Shown here: positions 41,901-53,219 of the stretch, in pieces
Layout: every line of letters starts with the position of its first letter
How positions within the stretch are numbered: position 1 is the first letter of the stretch
Assembly: GCA_012295275.1 (NCBI GenBank)
Contig: CM022665.1
Coordinates: 32,178,001-32,242,000 of the forward strand
Direction: 5' to 3'
DNA: 64,000 nucleotides
Origin: Chrysomallon squamiferum
Taxonomy: Eukaryota; Animalia; Mollusca
Notes under the pieces: model-generated
What the model was told of the DNA's origin: nothing
Seen by the model: the letters and a program-made list of their open reading frames with translations, nothing else
The model's database searches: none
Made by a program: the position numbers and the translations under genes

Positions 41901-43273
41901 TCTGTTGTACAAGTATCTTCAAAAACTGATAGACAGAGACACAAGTTCAGAATACAGAAAGCTGAAGAAAAGATAACAGAGGATGGGGATGAAGGACAAA
42001 AAGCAGAAGATAGTCCTGAACCAGAAAGAGATTTAGAAAAGGAGAGTGTAAGCCCTGTACAGGACCAAAGAAGTGATAATATGAGACAACTGCTGTTGAA
42101 AACAGCTGAACTGTGTTTCTTCTGGAATCCTGACAACAGTGATGACATTGTGACACAAAAACAAATTGTAGCTGGAATCTTGATGACTGCTTCGTGGTGC
42201 ATGAGGAAGAGTTATGTTTTGGACAAAAGAATAAGATACTTGCTTCTGAAATGGATTACAAAACATTTCTCTTCAGAAAGTAAATTTTCTGAGCTATGTA
42301 TTGATACACTTCTGAGTGGCTCAAAGTTTGCTGTCAGAGTTCTCAATGAAATGCTTGGAATGTATGCATGTCTGTTCACTGAAGAAAAATATTTTGATGT
42401 GAATACAACTGTAAAAGAGATCACTAAGGAAAACAAATATCTTAATTCTCTTGCTTTATTGAACAGTATTGTTTTTCCACTGTTCAAAACAGCTTCAAGA
42501 AATTCAGCAAACTGGGATGAGTTAAAATGCTATGTAACCAGGTGGAAAGATGTTTCATCAAGTAAGTAAAACCTTGTACAATTTTTTAATAAATTGTGAA
42601 TTTGTAATTAGTAAAAGCATTTCATATTTAACAGAACTGAATTATAAAAAGTATTAGAAACAAAAGATAATATGCATTTATGCATATTGAATTAATTGCT
42701 TTTGACTTTATTATAATGAGACTTATTGTTTCATTAATTATAAACAGTTTTGTCAAATGTTAAAAATCTGTATGATTTATGTATTATGGCTATAATTATT
42801 ATTTTTCTTTCCATTATTATAATTCATTATAGTTGGTGTTATGTTGTAAATATTATATTTCAGTTAATGCTCAAGAGCAGCTTTCTCTAGCAATGAAAGA
42901 ATTTCTGATGGAATTACAACTGACAGTTCAACCAGATCCCATTCTTAGATGGTCTTCTTTCTTTACTAGTGACAATACATTTTCTACCAATCTTGAAAAT
43001 TGTCAGACATCAGACATTAAGTCTCAGTCTGCATCATATAATACCATCAACACAGACAACAGGGATGACGATCATGATGATGAAGAAATGATGAGTGACA
43101 GTGAAACAGAAGTGAAAGAGAAAGCAGAAGATAATTTAACTAAGATTAAAATAAAAAGCAAAACAAATATCAAGAAGAAATGTAAAAGGGTATTTTCAAA
43201 AAGCCAGGAAAATATTTCATCATCTTTAGTGAAAAGATTGCAAAAACGAGGAAAGGTGCACAAGTTAAAATAA
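20246..43273 (+). CDS. URB1: Nucleolar pre-ribosomal-associated protein 1 (URB1/Npa1), ~2283 aa
   Basis: 34 phase-consistent GT-AG exons: 20246-20387, 22937-23073, 23416-23703, 24131-24227, 24634-24716, 25070-25213, 25732-25862, 26283-26478, 26855-26992, 27576-27743, 27934-28015, 28308-28552, 28821-28922, 31274-31532, 32073-32157, 32441-32517, 32870-33018, 33383-33595, 33892-34855, 35134-35259, 35479-35729, 35909-35976, 36647-36816, 37110-37220, 37545-37608, 37915-38077, 38558-38654, 39089-39361, 39515-39621, 40073-40216, 40572-40681, 41062-41226, 41669-42561, 42864-43273 (6852 nt). Npa1-like N-terminus (DVRTCLVHF, ISKTSKVQLF), NopRA1-like region (YDPCFLLPLF, ALSSHVSDVRRAAY, KPDLDITNVPEFYKLF, WILSLLVDGLRD), basic N- and C-termini. 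Confidence 0.92.
21430..22500 (+). mobile_element. Decayed TE-derived coding relic, possibly DIRS-like RNase H/MT region
   Basis: GC-elevated island in URB1 intron 1. Broken frames give FITD..WG, SVNQQELETTALAL and LAQCLW in RNase H-like order, with many stops. Confidence 0.25.
26680..26862 (+). repeat. Degenerate ~28-30 bp tandem repeat overlapping a URB1 splice acceptor
   Basis: Repeated aaaatttcacttcag(g)tttatacattttt-like units. Confidence 0.7.
28948..30874. mobile_element. Non-autonomous TIR element in URB1 intron 13
   Basis: Termini TAGGTACC...GGTACCTA with subterminal TAGC and AAGCTGT similarity. Direct repeat AGTATTG on both flanks (28941-28947, 30875-30881). Interior is CpG-richer than the host intron. 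Confidence 0.6.
31570..31810 (+). mobile_element. Degenerate tRNA-derived SINE
   Basis: tRNA A-box-like head (TGTAGTTTATTGGTTGGAG), then ttccagttagtggctcatggttggtttgtcaaatgctgtg ... aaaatacctttctgctaa. It aligns by eye with 43638-43800 and resembles gastropod SINEs as I recall them. Confidence 0.45.
36255..36515 (-). mobile_element. Possible decayed LINE reverse-transcriptase fragment
   Basis: Minus-strand frames give QG/CVLLTP and VADIAAIA, resembling RQGCVLSP and FADD motifs; heavily degraded. Confidence 0.3.
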
Positions 43274-43635
43274 ATGAATTAACATCCATAAATGGATTTA
43301 AAAATTCATTAATTACACCATAAAAATTATTTTAGGTGTTCAGAAAATTAAAGTATATTTGGTTGTCATACGAATTTTCAGTTTTTAATTTTGTATGAAA
43401 CGAATAAATTTGTTTCTGATTCAAGTTACTTCATATAATATATCAATATGAAAAGCTAATTACTAATGTAATGTTTATTTTAAATAAATTTTTTAACAAA
43501 ATTACACAATTTTAGATTAATGGTTCTTTCTAGAAGGATCTGATAATTAGTTGTTAATCCTGGAATTTACTACAACCTGAAGGCAATGACAGTTATTTTC
43601 CCATTTGTTGATCTATACGCAAATCTCAGGAACAG

Positions 43636-43800
43636 ACTGTAGTCTAGTGGTTAGAATACAAACTGTAATGTGTAGCAGGATCATTTTCAGTGTGTCAGTT
43701 AAGCATCTCATTTCAGCTGTTAGCCCACATATGGCTGTCAAAAGTCATGTGTATATTGTTATACAAAACCCACTTAAAAATACCTTGCTGTTAATTTATA
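43636..43800 (+). mobile_element. Degenerate tRNA-derived SINE (second copy)
   Basis: TGTAGTCTAGTGGTTAGA head, caggatc, ...ggctgtcaaaagtcatgtgta...aaaataccttgctgttaa; same motif order as 31570-31810. Confidence 0.45.
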
Positions 43801-44405
43801 AAATTAGCCCTTTGATTTCCTCTTTTGTAAATTCCTTATGCAAAAGGCATATTTTTTTTCATTTAATAATTGTGATTAAAATATATTGAAGAGCTGTTAA
43901 CAAATATTCATCTCTTCCAAAAGCATGTCTATGTACTTCTGATAGATTTTCATTCAATTTCTTGTTCTGTTTTCTGTAAAAATGAAAAAGCAGTAAATTA
44001 ATATTTTTAAATTCAGTTGTCTTTATCTGATTATTACATAGATACCCCAAATACTGGCTCTCTTATTTACTTGATATGAGCTTGTAAGTTTAGTGTCACA
44101 CTAAACAAAGCTATCAGTCTGGTACATTTTAAAGAAAATAGAATGTAAAAAGATCCTTTTAAGGATGAATTTTACTGACTGTGTTCTTAGGTATGATTAA
44201 GCTTATATATTTGTACTGAAATATACAAACATTTTCCTAAAGAATTTCCAAACATTCATTTTACTCTGTCTACAATATTTAGTTGGTTTATCTCTAAGAG
44301 TTTGTATACAGATATTATAACTTTTGCTAACCAGTTTTATTTTTATTTCTAATGTTCCTAACCTATTCTGAAATCCCAGATTTATCCCTTTCTTACAAAT
44401 ATTTG

Positions 44406-45024
44406 TCATTTGTGTAACTTTGCCATGCTTTGAAAGTCTCTGGTAAATTATATGGAGTTCTCAGTTAAAGTTGTATCTTTCTAATTTCATCTGGAATTAA
44501 AGCCACAGAGAATTATTTATGATTACGTTAAATTTTATAATGATATTATCACTGGAAATTAATAATAGATTTGGGTATTGTGTTTTAATTTGTATGAAAA
44601 AAAACCTCAGATAAATAAAGGAATTATCTCAGTTGTATAGTGAAATCAGATCTTAAGCTCCTTATTTTCTATCTTATAATAATGAAAGTCGTAAAGATTT
44701 ATAAGTAAAGACTAAGATATTTTTAGTTTTATTGTATCATTATATTGGTTTTTGTTACCTTAGCTGTTTCCCTTTTGATTTTACACAAACTTGATCTGAA
44801 AAATAATGCGTAAATGTTAATCCATATATAATACATACATATATATATTCTACTACCATAAAATCACATTGTGGGGAAAAAAAAAAAAACATTAAAAAAA
44901 GAAGAAATTATTATTAGTTAACATTATAAAATTTAAAATGTTAAGTTGCTTTAATTTTAACATATGTTTATAATTACATATATTATATACCGGTATTGTT
45001 GGGTTAACATAATGATGGTAATAA

Positions 45025-45066
<42 letters not shown>

Positions 45067-46379
45067 ACCAATGTAATGTTTTTAGCAAGTAAAAACCCAG
45101 TACATACCTAACATATACATTAAAAAAAATAAAAAAAATAAAAATATCTGTACTTACCCAATACAATGTAAGATACTAGATATACTGTAAAAAGCTATGA
45201 ATATTAAAACATATTAAAGATATATATATATATGATTTAAACAAACATAAATGTAAAAATGATGAAATGAAGATGGCAGTAATTTTACTAACCATCTATG
45301 TATAACAATACTTATCTGTAAACTTTGTTCACAGATAAAAGCAAAACAAAAGAAAAAATAAATCAAAATTGATTCACATACAACCAGCAGGTTGTGTATG
45401 AAAAACATATCAATAAATGGTATTTTGATACTTTAAAATTACACTTTTTAGACAATCATTTTTTCATATATGTGCATCCATATATGCTTGTATTTTTTTT
45501 AAATCAAATGTTTGTGTGTGTGTATGTATATATACACACACACACATACACACACATACATACTGACACTTACGGATACATACATACAAACTTACTATGT
45601 TTATATAAAAACAAGCACACAGATACACACACATATAGATTTATATACATACTGCTAGTTCCAGATCCAGTATCATCAACATCATCTTCTGCACTTCTCT
45701 TGTCTCTGCTGTAATGTAGAAGCAGAGACTCTGAAGCCAGCGCAGATTTAATCTGGACATCTGTCTGAGGTAGTCCAGTTACTTCTTTAGGAACATCATC
45801 CCCCACCATTATTCTGGACCATACTGACCTCTCCATTTGGTCAGAAGTTGGTGGAAGATCAGTGACCATTGAAACTTTAGTCTTTGTTCTGGCATTATTT
45901 AAATTGTTCATGGTTGAACTATCAGGTAACTGTGAAAAAACTAGAGTATTTTTATGAGTATCCATATCATCTGATAAATGTCTGGGTTCATAAGTTTCTA
46001 TAATTTTTTCATATTGTTTGTTTTGGATTCCAGATTCAGACAATGCATGATCTTGACTATTTGTATTCATATTTTGTTGTGTTGTCTTCAGAATTTCCGT
46101 TCTTTTTGAATGTGGTTCATTCAAAGATTTATTTATTTTAGTCTGTGTAGTTCTCTGTTTGGAAACATGTTTGTAATGAATATCTTGTTGATTGGTTTGG
46201 CTGGGGATGGTCCGAGTGATATTGTGGAGCAAGCTTTCTGGTGAGCTTGTAGATGTGCTTATCACTGTATTGTTCTGGAGTCTTGAAGCTAAAGAACCAT
46301 TGTCTAAAATTAAAAATTTTAAAAATATTTTTGAAACTGATATTTATACAGTATGTTGCTTACAATACCAACAACAAAA

Positions 46380-46415
<36 letters not shown>

Positions 46416-46753
46416 AATAAATTAAAAACAAACACATTTTTTTTTAAATATATATATATAAATAATCAAAAATAAATAAATTTAATTATTAACACTGACA
46501 ATACAAATTCAAGATTTGGAATGCGGTAAACTTAAAATATATTGGTAATCATGTGGTTTTACGTTAATATTTCACTACATTTTATTTTAATTTTCTGATA
46601 TTTTGTGAATGTTTAAATGCCAGTAGTCTAGGCATTAAACAATAAAATATACTTTGTTATCATAATCGGACAACATATTTATTGACGCTCACCTGGACTG
46701 CATATTTGAAATAATAAACAGAATGTGAAGATTTTCCACATCATTGCATCCAT
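44406..46753 (-). CDS. Orphan secreted precursor: signal peptide, S/T/N/Q-rich region, furin site RDKR; 3' exons uncertain
   Basis: Exon 46753-46693 (MDAMMWKIFTFCLLFQICSP, donor GTGAGC) splices in phase to 46303-45653 (651 nt open). Tentative downstream exons 44795-44759 and 44439-44406. Candidate 5'UTR exon at ~48367-48165. Confidence 0.55.
45028..45065. repeat. (GT)n microsatellite
   Basis: Directly visible. Confidence 0.95.
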
Positions 46754-49475
46754 CAGGATGTCTTGAACAGAAAATGTCCAATATTAACTGAAAGAAATTC
46801 TTTCGTATTTTAACATTAAATGAATTGGTTTATTTTTATTTTGTCAATGGTATAATCTTCTTAATGTATCTAGGAATGTGCAAAAAATGAATTGCATTTT
46901 GTTTTTTGGGAGATCTGGATTTAAAATAATAAATAAAATGTAATAATTACACATGTATATAAAAATTGAAGACCTGTTGTTTTTTGTGTATAATAAGCAA
47001 TTCTCTTCATAATAACCGAGTTCAGCTTACGAAAAATCCTAGATCCTTATATAGGTACTAGCACCCAGAATTTAATCTTAGTCTTAGAACAATAACTGTA
47101 ATTTGGAAGCATGTTATAATTTATTTTTTATTATTATTTTCTTTAACAAAAAATGAAAGCAAAAAAAAGAAGAAAAAGTTCTTTTATCTTTATTTCAACA
47201 AAAACTATGGCTGATAACGTTCCTACTCGTATCTTTCACAGATTTGTACACAGGAGTATGAAAGTGCACAGATTTCAAGCATTTAACACATAGATACTGT
47301 TTATTTGTTTTTCAGAGTGATCCCTTGTTCATATCTGAGCTTAGCAGCTCACCAAAATTGGCTATTTCTAAGATCAAAAACCAGACGCTATTTTGACGGT
47401 TTTCTCTCAAACTTTAATGCAATAAAATAATTCAAACTGCATTTTGTTTAGAACGACCAGTGTAAAGAGATGTTACAAGATTTACTTCAATCCTCAGACA
47501 CGGTTGGGCAGGTTGACTGAGGGTGGGGTCAAACTACTAAGTTCATTTCACCTGCAGGGCAAAAGACGGTTTACTTCACCAAACTTCTGACAGAGTAAAC
47601 CATGCATTTTCAGGTGAGACTAATTTAAAGCTTCTTGTGCGAATGTGAAAACTGCACTGGAAAGAGGAAATGTTTCTTATTACTGTACTAAACATTGCAT
47701 GCTTCTTTGAACAAAAGTGTTTCTGAGCCAAGCCTTTGCATGCAGCTGTACCATGCGGACGCCAGAACCTAGCACACAGTTGTAACAAATAATTCTTCTT
47801 CTTGTTAAAACTAACACTGTAAAACTTTATTAACAACGTGCCAGACTGTCAACTAGTATCAGTTTCTTAAAATTTGATTTCTTTAGATAAAATGAAGGAA
47901 GCTAAACAGTACTGCTATTTTAAAATATTTATTGGACTGCTGTAGTTAAAAATGAACAACATTCCAAAAATATGTATCTGTTTATAAGGCCTGAGGATTA
48001 ATTAATTTTATTCTATTCTAATAATAATAATAATGATAATAAATAAATAAATAAATAAATAAATAAGTCAAATCATAATAATAATAATAAACAAATAAGC
48101 CAAATAATAATAATAGTAATAAATATAAATAAATAATAATAATAAAATAATAACACTAACTCACCTTAAAACACGATATCAGTTTAACCTGAAGTCGAGA
48201 GATTTAAACAAATATTTCCAGCGAATGTGGATTACAAACCGCGTTATCTGCTACTGGCAAACTGCCAAGAAACCTGTCAATACTGCCAACATTTTATAAC
48301 GCCCTTCACTGTTCGTAATGTTTAGGTAACTTTCATATCTGATTCTGACAAGCATTCGGTTGTCAGCCTTAAAGAAAGAAAAAAAAAAAAAAAAAAAAAA
48401 AAATTAAGGAAGAGTGAATAAAAGAAAGAAACATGAAGCACGTATAATATGATTTTTGTTGACGCTAATTCATTAATATAAAATACCGACAGAAAAGAAT
48501 CTTGCGACAAGACATGATTAAAAGAAACAACTATGAATATGATATTTTGTTTTTTTGTAAAAACAACATTATTTCTGTCAAAAGTATTACAGCCTAAGCT
48601 CTTAAATGCTGTAGTATCGCTTGTAACCTGTACGACAATTGTAACAGCAAATAAAAGACCAAAAAACAACCCTAACGTTGCTACTGACAGTCAGTTAACA
48701 ATATAATGGGACGTATGGATAAAATAACAAATATCACTACGTATTATTAAAATACTTAGTTATTCTTTAACATATGCAACATAATCGTAAACTTAATTCA
48801 TTCATTATTGACAATAAACGTAATTTTTAATTAAAGCAAAAACGTAACTGTCTAAGTTAAAGGAGTCGTTATCTCCATTTCTCAAGTCAAATAAATAAAT
48901 ACGAATATATGTTTATATAAGACTTCAGTAATATAAAATGGTATGCTTTTCCAAACCTAGCTATGTGCATCAGCGTAAGTGATTAATACTGCTGATAATT
49001 ATAGTTAATATCTTTACTTGCTACAAGGATATAGTTGCTTTTAAGGAAAACAAAATCATGTTTAAAAAAAAGAAACAGGGAAAATTAATTTTCAAAAATA
49101 TAATTCAAATGAAGTATTATTTTATGGTTTAATGGATAATCAATTTAAACAGGGTTTTGGGTTGTTTATTTTTAAATTAATTTGGTTTTTTTTGGTTTTT
49201 AATCTGATATATACACTTACTGACTGTTATAGAAATAGGAACAACAAAAGGACAATCGTTGCCATCAGTTAATGAAATATTTTCTCATACAGTTTCAAAA
49301 TGACATAAACGAACTTGCCCAGGCAAGTCAAACACTGTACTAACGATTAAATCAGAGAAGTATTAATTCATGCAAATTAAAAATACAACAAACTGTTTCA
49401 TAGGTCTTTCCAGTGGAAGCAATAAAATTAAAAATTCAGTTTCCCGAGGCTTCTATGCCAGCTGGGATGATTGTA

Positions 49476-50958
49476 TACTCTCCCAAAAAGAAACGCAAAA
49501 TAGTTGATTTCTTAGATAACTATTATAAACTGACACATATCGATGTTCAAACTATAAATATAATGACATTTAGTGATTCAAACATATAGCTATTGTTACA
49601 GTCGCCAAAAAGCAGGTAACACAAAATAAAGGCTATGATCGTGTTTATTAGCCAAAACGTCCCCGCATGCAAACCACGTTACCAGTGCATGTGCACGTAC
49701 AGCACACCAAACTTGAATACGAGGGTTATAAAAATAGAAGGTTTTCAAATACTTCTGTTCGTTATTTTTGTTCTGACCCAACATTAAACAAATGCCACGA
49801 CTGAGTGAACCGCAACGAAACAACGCCATCGGCCGTTTACAAGCTGGCGAATCCTTCTCAGCCGTAGCCGGGGTGTTCCATGTATCCCCAAGCACCATCT
49901 TAAGATTGTTATATCGGTTCCAGCAACATCAAACACGTGACCGTCCCAGATCAGGTAGACCACGTGTACCCACCAGGGCCCAGGACCTCTATATACGGGT
50001 ACTTCATCTACGGGAAAGAACCATCACGGCAACCTCCACTGCTTCAGCAATACCAGGTCTGCGTAGAATATCGGCTCAGATAGTGCGCAATCGTTTACGC
50101 GAGGCAGGTATTCAAGCCAGACGACCTGTAAGAAGAGTGGTTTTGACTCAACAACATCGTCGACTACGACGTCAGTAGTGTCCAGTGCTCAGAGTCTGGC
50201 CTCAATTTCGATGGAGAACTGTCTGGTTTAGTGACGAGGCTCGATTTCTGCTTCGTCGAGCTGATGGAAGATGTCGAGTTTACAGACGTCCTGGTGAACG
50301 TTTTGCAAACTGCTTACAGGAAGCGGACAGATTTGGCGGTGGTAGTGTCATGGTGTGGGCAGCAATCTCATACACTGGCAGGACCAACCTGGTTCACATC
50401 CAAGGCAACTTAACGGCACAGAAATACCGAGATGAAATTTTGCAGCCCCATGTCACTCAAATTATGAATAATGGTAACTGTATTCCAGCACGACAATGCG
50501 AGACCACATACAGCCAGACTCACAACAGCGTACCTACACAACAATAACATTCAGGTCCTGCCCTGGCCCTCTAAATCTCCGGATTTGAACCCCATAGAGC
50601 ATTTATGGGAGGAGTTGGATAGACAACTGAGGAAGCATCAACCACAGCCACAGAATCGTGCTCAGTTGGCATTATTACTACAGACAGAGTGGGCCACCAG
50701 TCCACAAGGTTAAATTCGTAATGCTGCCATGGGAAGGAGATGTCAGGCAGTTCTGGACTCCCATGGTGGGCACACAAGGTATTGATATTATACTCTTATA
50801 ACCTTGAACTTTAACCTTTTCAATACAATACCATCAATATTAATGAATTGCGAAAGTGTGTCTAAAATGTGAACATTCTGCTGCTTTCTGTTGATCCATT
50901 AGGTAGATATTCCCAATGTCAATAAAATCTACTTTTGCGTTTCTTTTTTGTTAGAGTA
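49476..50958 (+). mobile_element. Tc1-family transposon, near full length, inactivated
   Basis: Imperfect TIRs TACTCTCCCAAAAAGAAACGCAAAA and TTTTGCGTTTCTTTTTTGTTAGAGTA, flanked by TA on both sides. ~1.48 kb with an internal transposase. Confidence 0.92.
49792..50785 (+). pseudogene. Tc1 DD34E transposase pseudogene
   Basis: Paired-like HTH (RPRSGRPR), WFSDE, GGGSVMVWAAI, FQHDNARPH, WPSKSPDLNPIEHLW (34 aa between D and E), ending GGHTRY*. Disrupted by TAG at 50176-50178, a frameshift near 50470 and TAA at 50711-50713. Confidence 0.9.
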
Positions 50959-51302
50959 TACATCTGTGGTTGATCATATCGTATTCTTTTATCCAGTTTA
51001 TCACATGTGTGTGAATTAATATGTATAGCTGTAAGTTTTGTTGGAATATGTACACGGTCTGTTAGTTCATAATAAGAAAAATTACTTGTGACTGCAGGAT
51101 GTCATTTTGGAATGCTTGTGCTATATACATGTGTACATGCTTTGCATATACTTTGAGTAAAACTCTCTTATAATTAGGTTAATGAAATCAGGTTTTTGTA
51201 CTTTTCCTTTTTGTGAGTAGTATAACGACCTCTTCATCGGCGATTTGTCTATAATGTAAATAAAGACTGGGTTGTTCAGTTTGAACAGAAAAACCCATTA
51301 TT

Positions 51303-51333
<31 letters not shown>

Positions 51334-52010
51334 TTATTTGGTCCTGTTCAGACAAGTTTTACGTTTTATAATGATAAAATCTAAAGCTGTAATTATGCAT
51401 AAATATTATTTATTTTATTTTGTTTATATTATATAATTTATTAAGTCAGTTATTCGGTACATTTTTCTCCACACAAATAAACATACACGGCTCTGTAGGA
51501 TATTCAATCATGAAATCAAAATGTGGACAGATTCTTCATTTTTATTATTTTAGTACTTATGTATGCATAATCTATACTAATAACAACTTTTTTCTATGGT
51601 TATAAATCTTAAAGCTCTCATATATAATACTAGTATTTGAAGTATATAATTTTATCTCTTTTATTTGTAATACAAATGTATTTTTGTGAATACATTTCTA
51701 TGTATTATATTACATTACAGTAATACCCTGCTATTCTTCTACTGGGATATTTCAGTACTTTAAAAGGTCACGTTTTCAATACTTTCTTGGGTGGGGCTGC
51801 GTAACTCTCGAAGAGTTGTTTCTGGGAGTTCGTATTGTGAGAATCGGCAAGTTGTATAATCTTTTTAGAAATGAAAAAGTGGGTTTGGTCGGAATGTGGG
51901 TGATTTGAATACATCCAACTTCCTTTTCTGTATAAATGCAGAATTAACATTAAACAAATCTATTCACTTTAAATACACGTTTGTATGGGAAAAAAGAAAT
52001 ACATACACAC

Positions 52011-52082
52011 ATGTATGTATGTATGTATGTATTATGTATGTATGTATGTATGTATGTATGTATGTATGTATGTATGTATGTA
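52011..52082. repeat. (ATGT)n microsatellite
   Basis: Directly visible. Confidence 0.95.
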
Positions 52083-52576
52083 TAATATAAAATGGTTTAT
52101 CATCCTTTTGATATGAGAAAATGTATGAGAAGGGGCACACTTTATTTTAACTTTCTAATATAATTTTACGATTAGATTTTCCAGAAGGGCAAATACTTAT
52201 GATTTAGAACAACAAACGCATCGTACCTCGAATTATAGCTGTACAGTGGCGTGGGTTTGTCACCTCACTGCCACGAGCAGACAGAGGCAGTTTTGTTTAG
52301 TTTGAAACAAAGATTTGGGGAATAAAAATTAAAAAACCAGTTTGACGCAGGGTTCATAAACAATCATGTTGTATTATGTTGAGCCCTTAATATATGTACA
52401 TTTTATTTTCATATTATTTAGACATTTACGTCTTGGCCAGAATGTTGGTTTAACTACTGGCAACAATTTAATATGGTAATATGTTTGGGAAAAAGGGTAT
52501 TTTTGCTTTTTCTAAACGGCGACTCATTTCTTTAATATTTTATTTCTAATATCGAACATGAAGATACTGTTGAAGA

Positions 52577-52729
<153 letters not shown>

Positions 52730-52744
52730 ATAATACATTAATAT

Positions 52745-52811
52745 CTTGGCCCTCCTCCAAATCACTGCATAGCTGTCTGGCTCCCTCAATCCAAAAGGTT
52801 GCCGACCCCTG
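52745..52811. mobile_element. Single hAT (Charlie/Ac-like) terminus, truncated
   Basis: AAAAGGTTGCCGACCCCTG terminus with TGGCCCTC and TGGCTCCC subterminal motifs. No partner end found; it abuts a (GA)n tract. Confidence 0.5.
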
Positions 52812-53219
52812 TTATAGATAATTGTAAGATATAATATTTTAGATTTTTCTAACCACCAAGGAATGTTTGTCTCTATGTCTCCGTACTTTTCAAATTATCT
52901 CAAGATTAAGGCAATAATCTTGACAAATGGTTTTAATATATTTTCACCCTAAAGATTTAGGTATTCTGATTTCATTATAACAATGCTATTTATTTCAAGC
53001 ATTGAAAAGTTATTTATATTAGAAGAAGAACCTCAGTTTTATCTTGATAACTGACACGTCCATGGCATTTTTAAAATTCTTAACGATTCCCGAAATAATA
53101 ATATTTGTTTACATATAACTTTATTTTATTTTCACAAAACTGTGAAAACACGAGACAAAACTGATTAAAGGTTTGAATTATATCATGAAAACCTAAAAAT
53201 TAAAAATATTATCATCATT

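Noticed and set aside
47054-47860. Repeat-like insert with TACTAG...CTAGTA ends
   Set aside because: Only a 6-bp inverted match and no TSD; likely TE-derived but unsupported.
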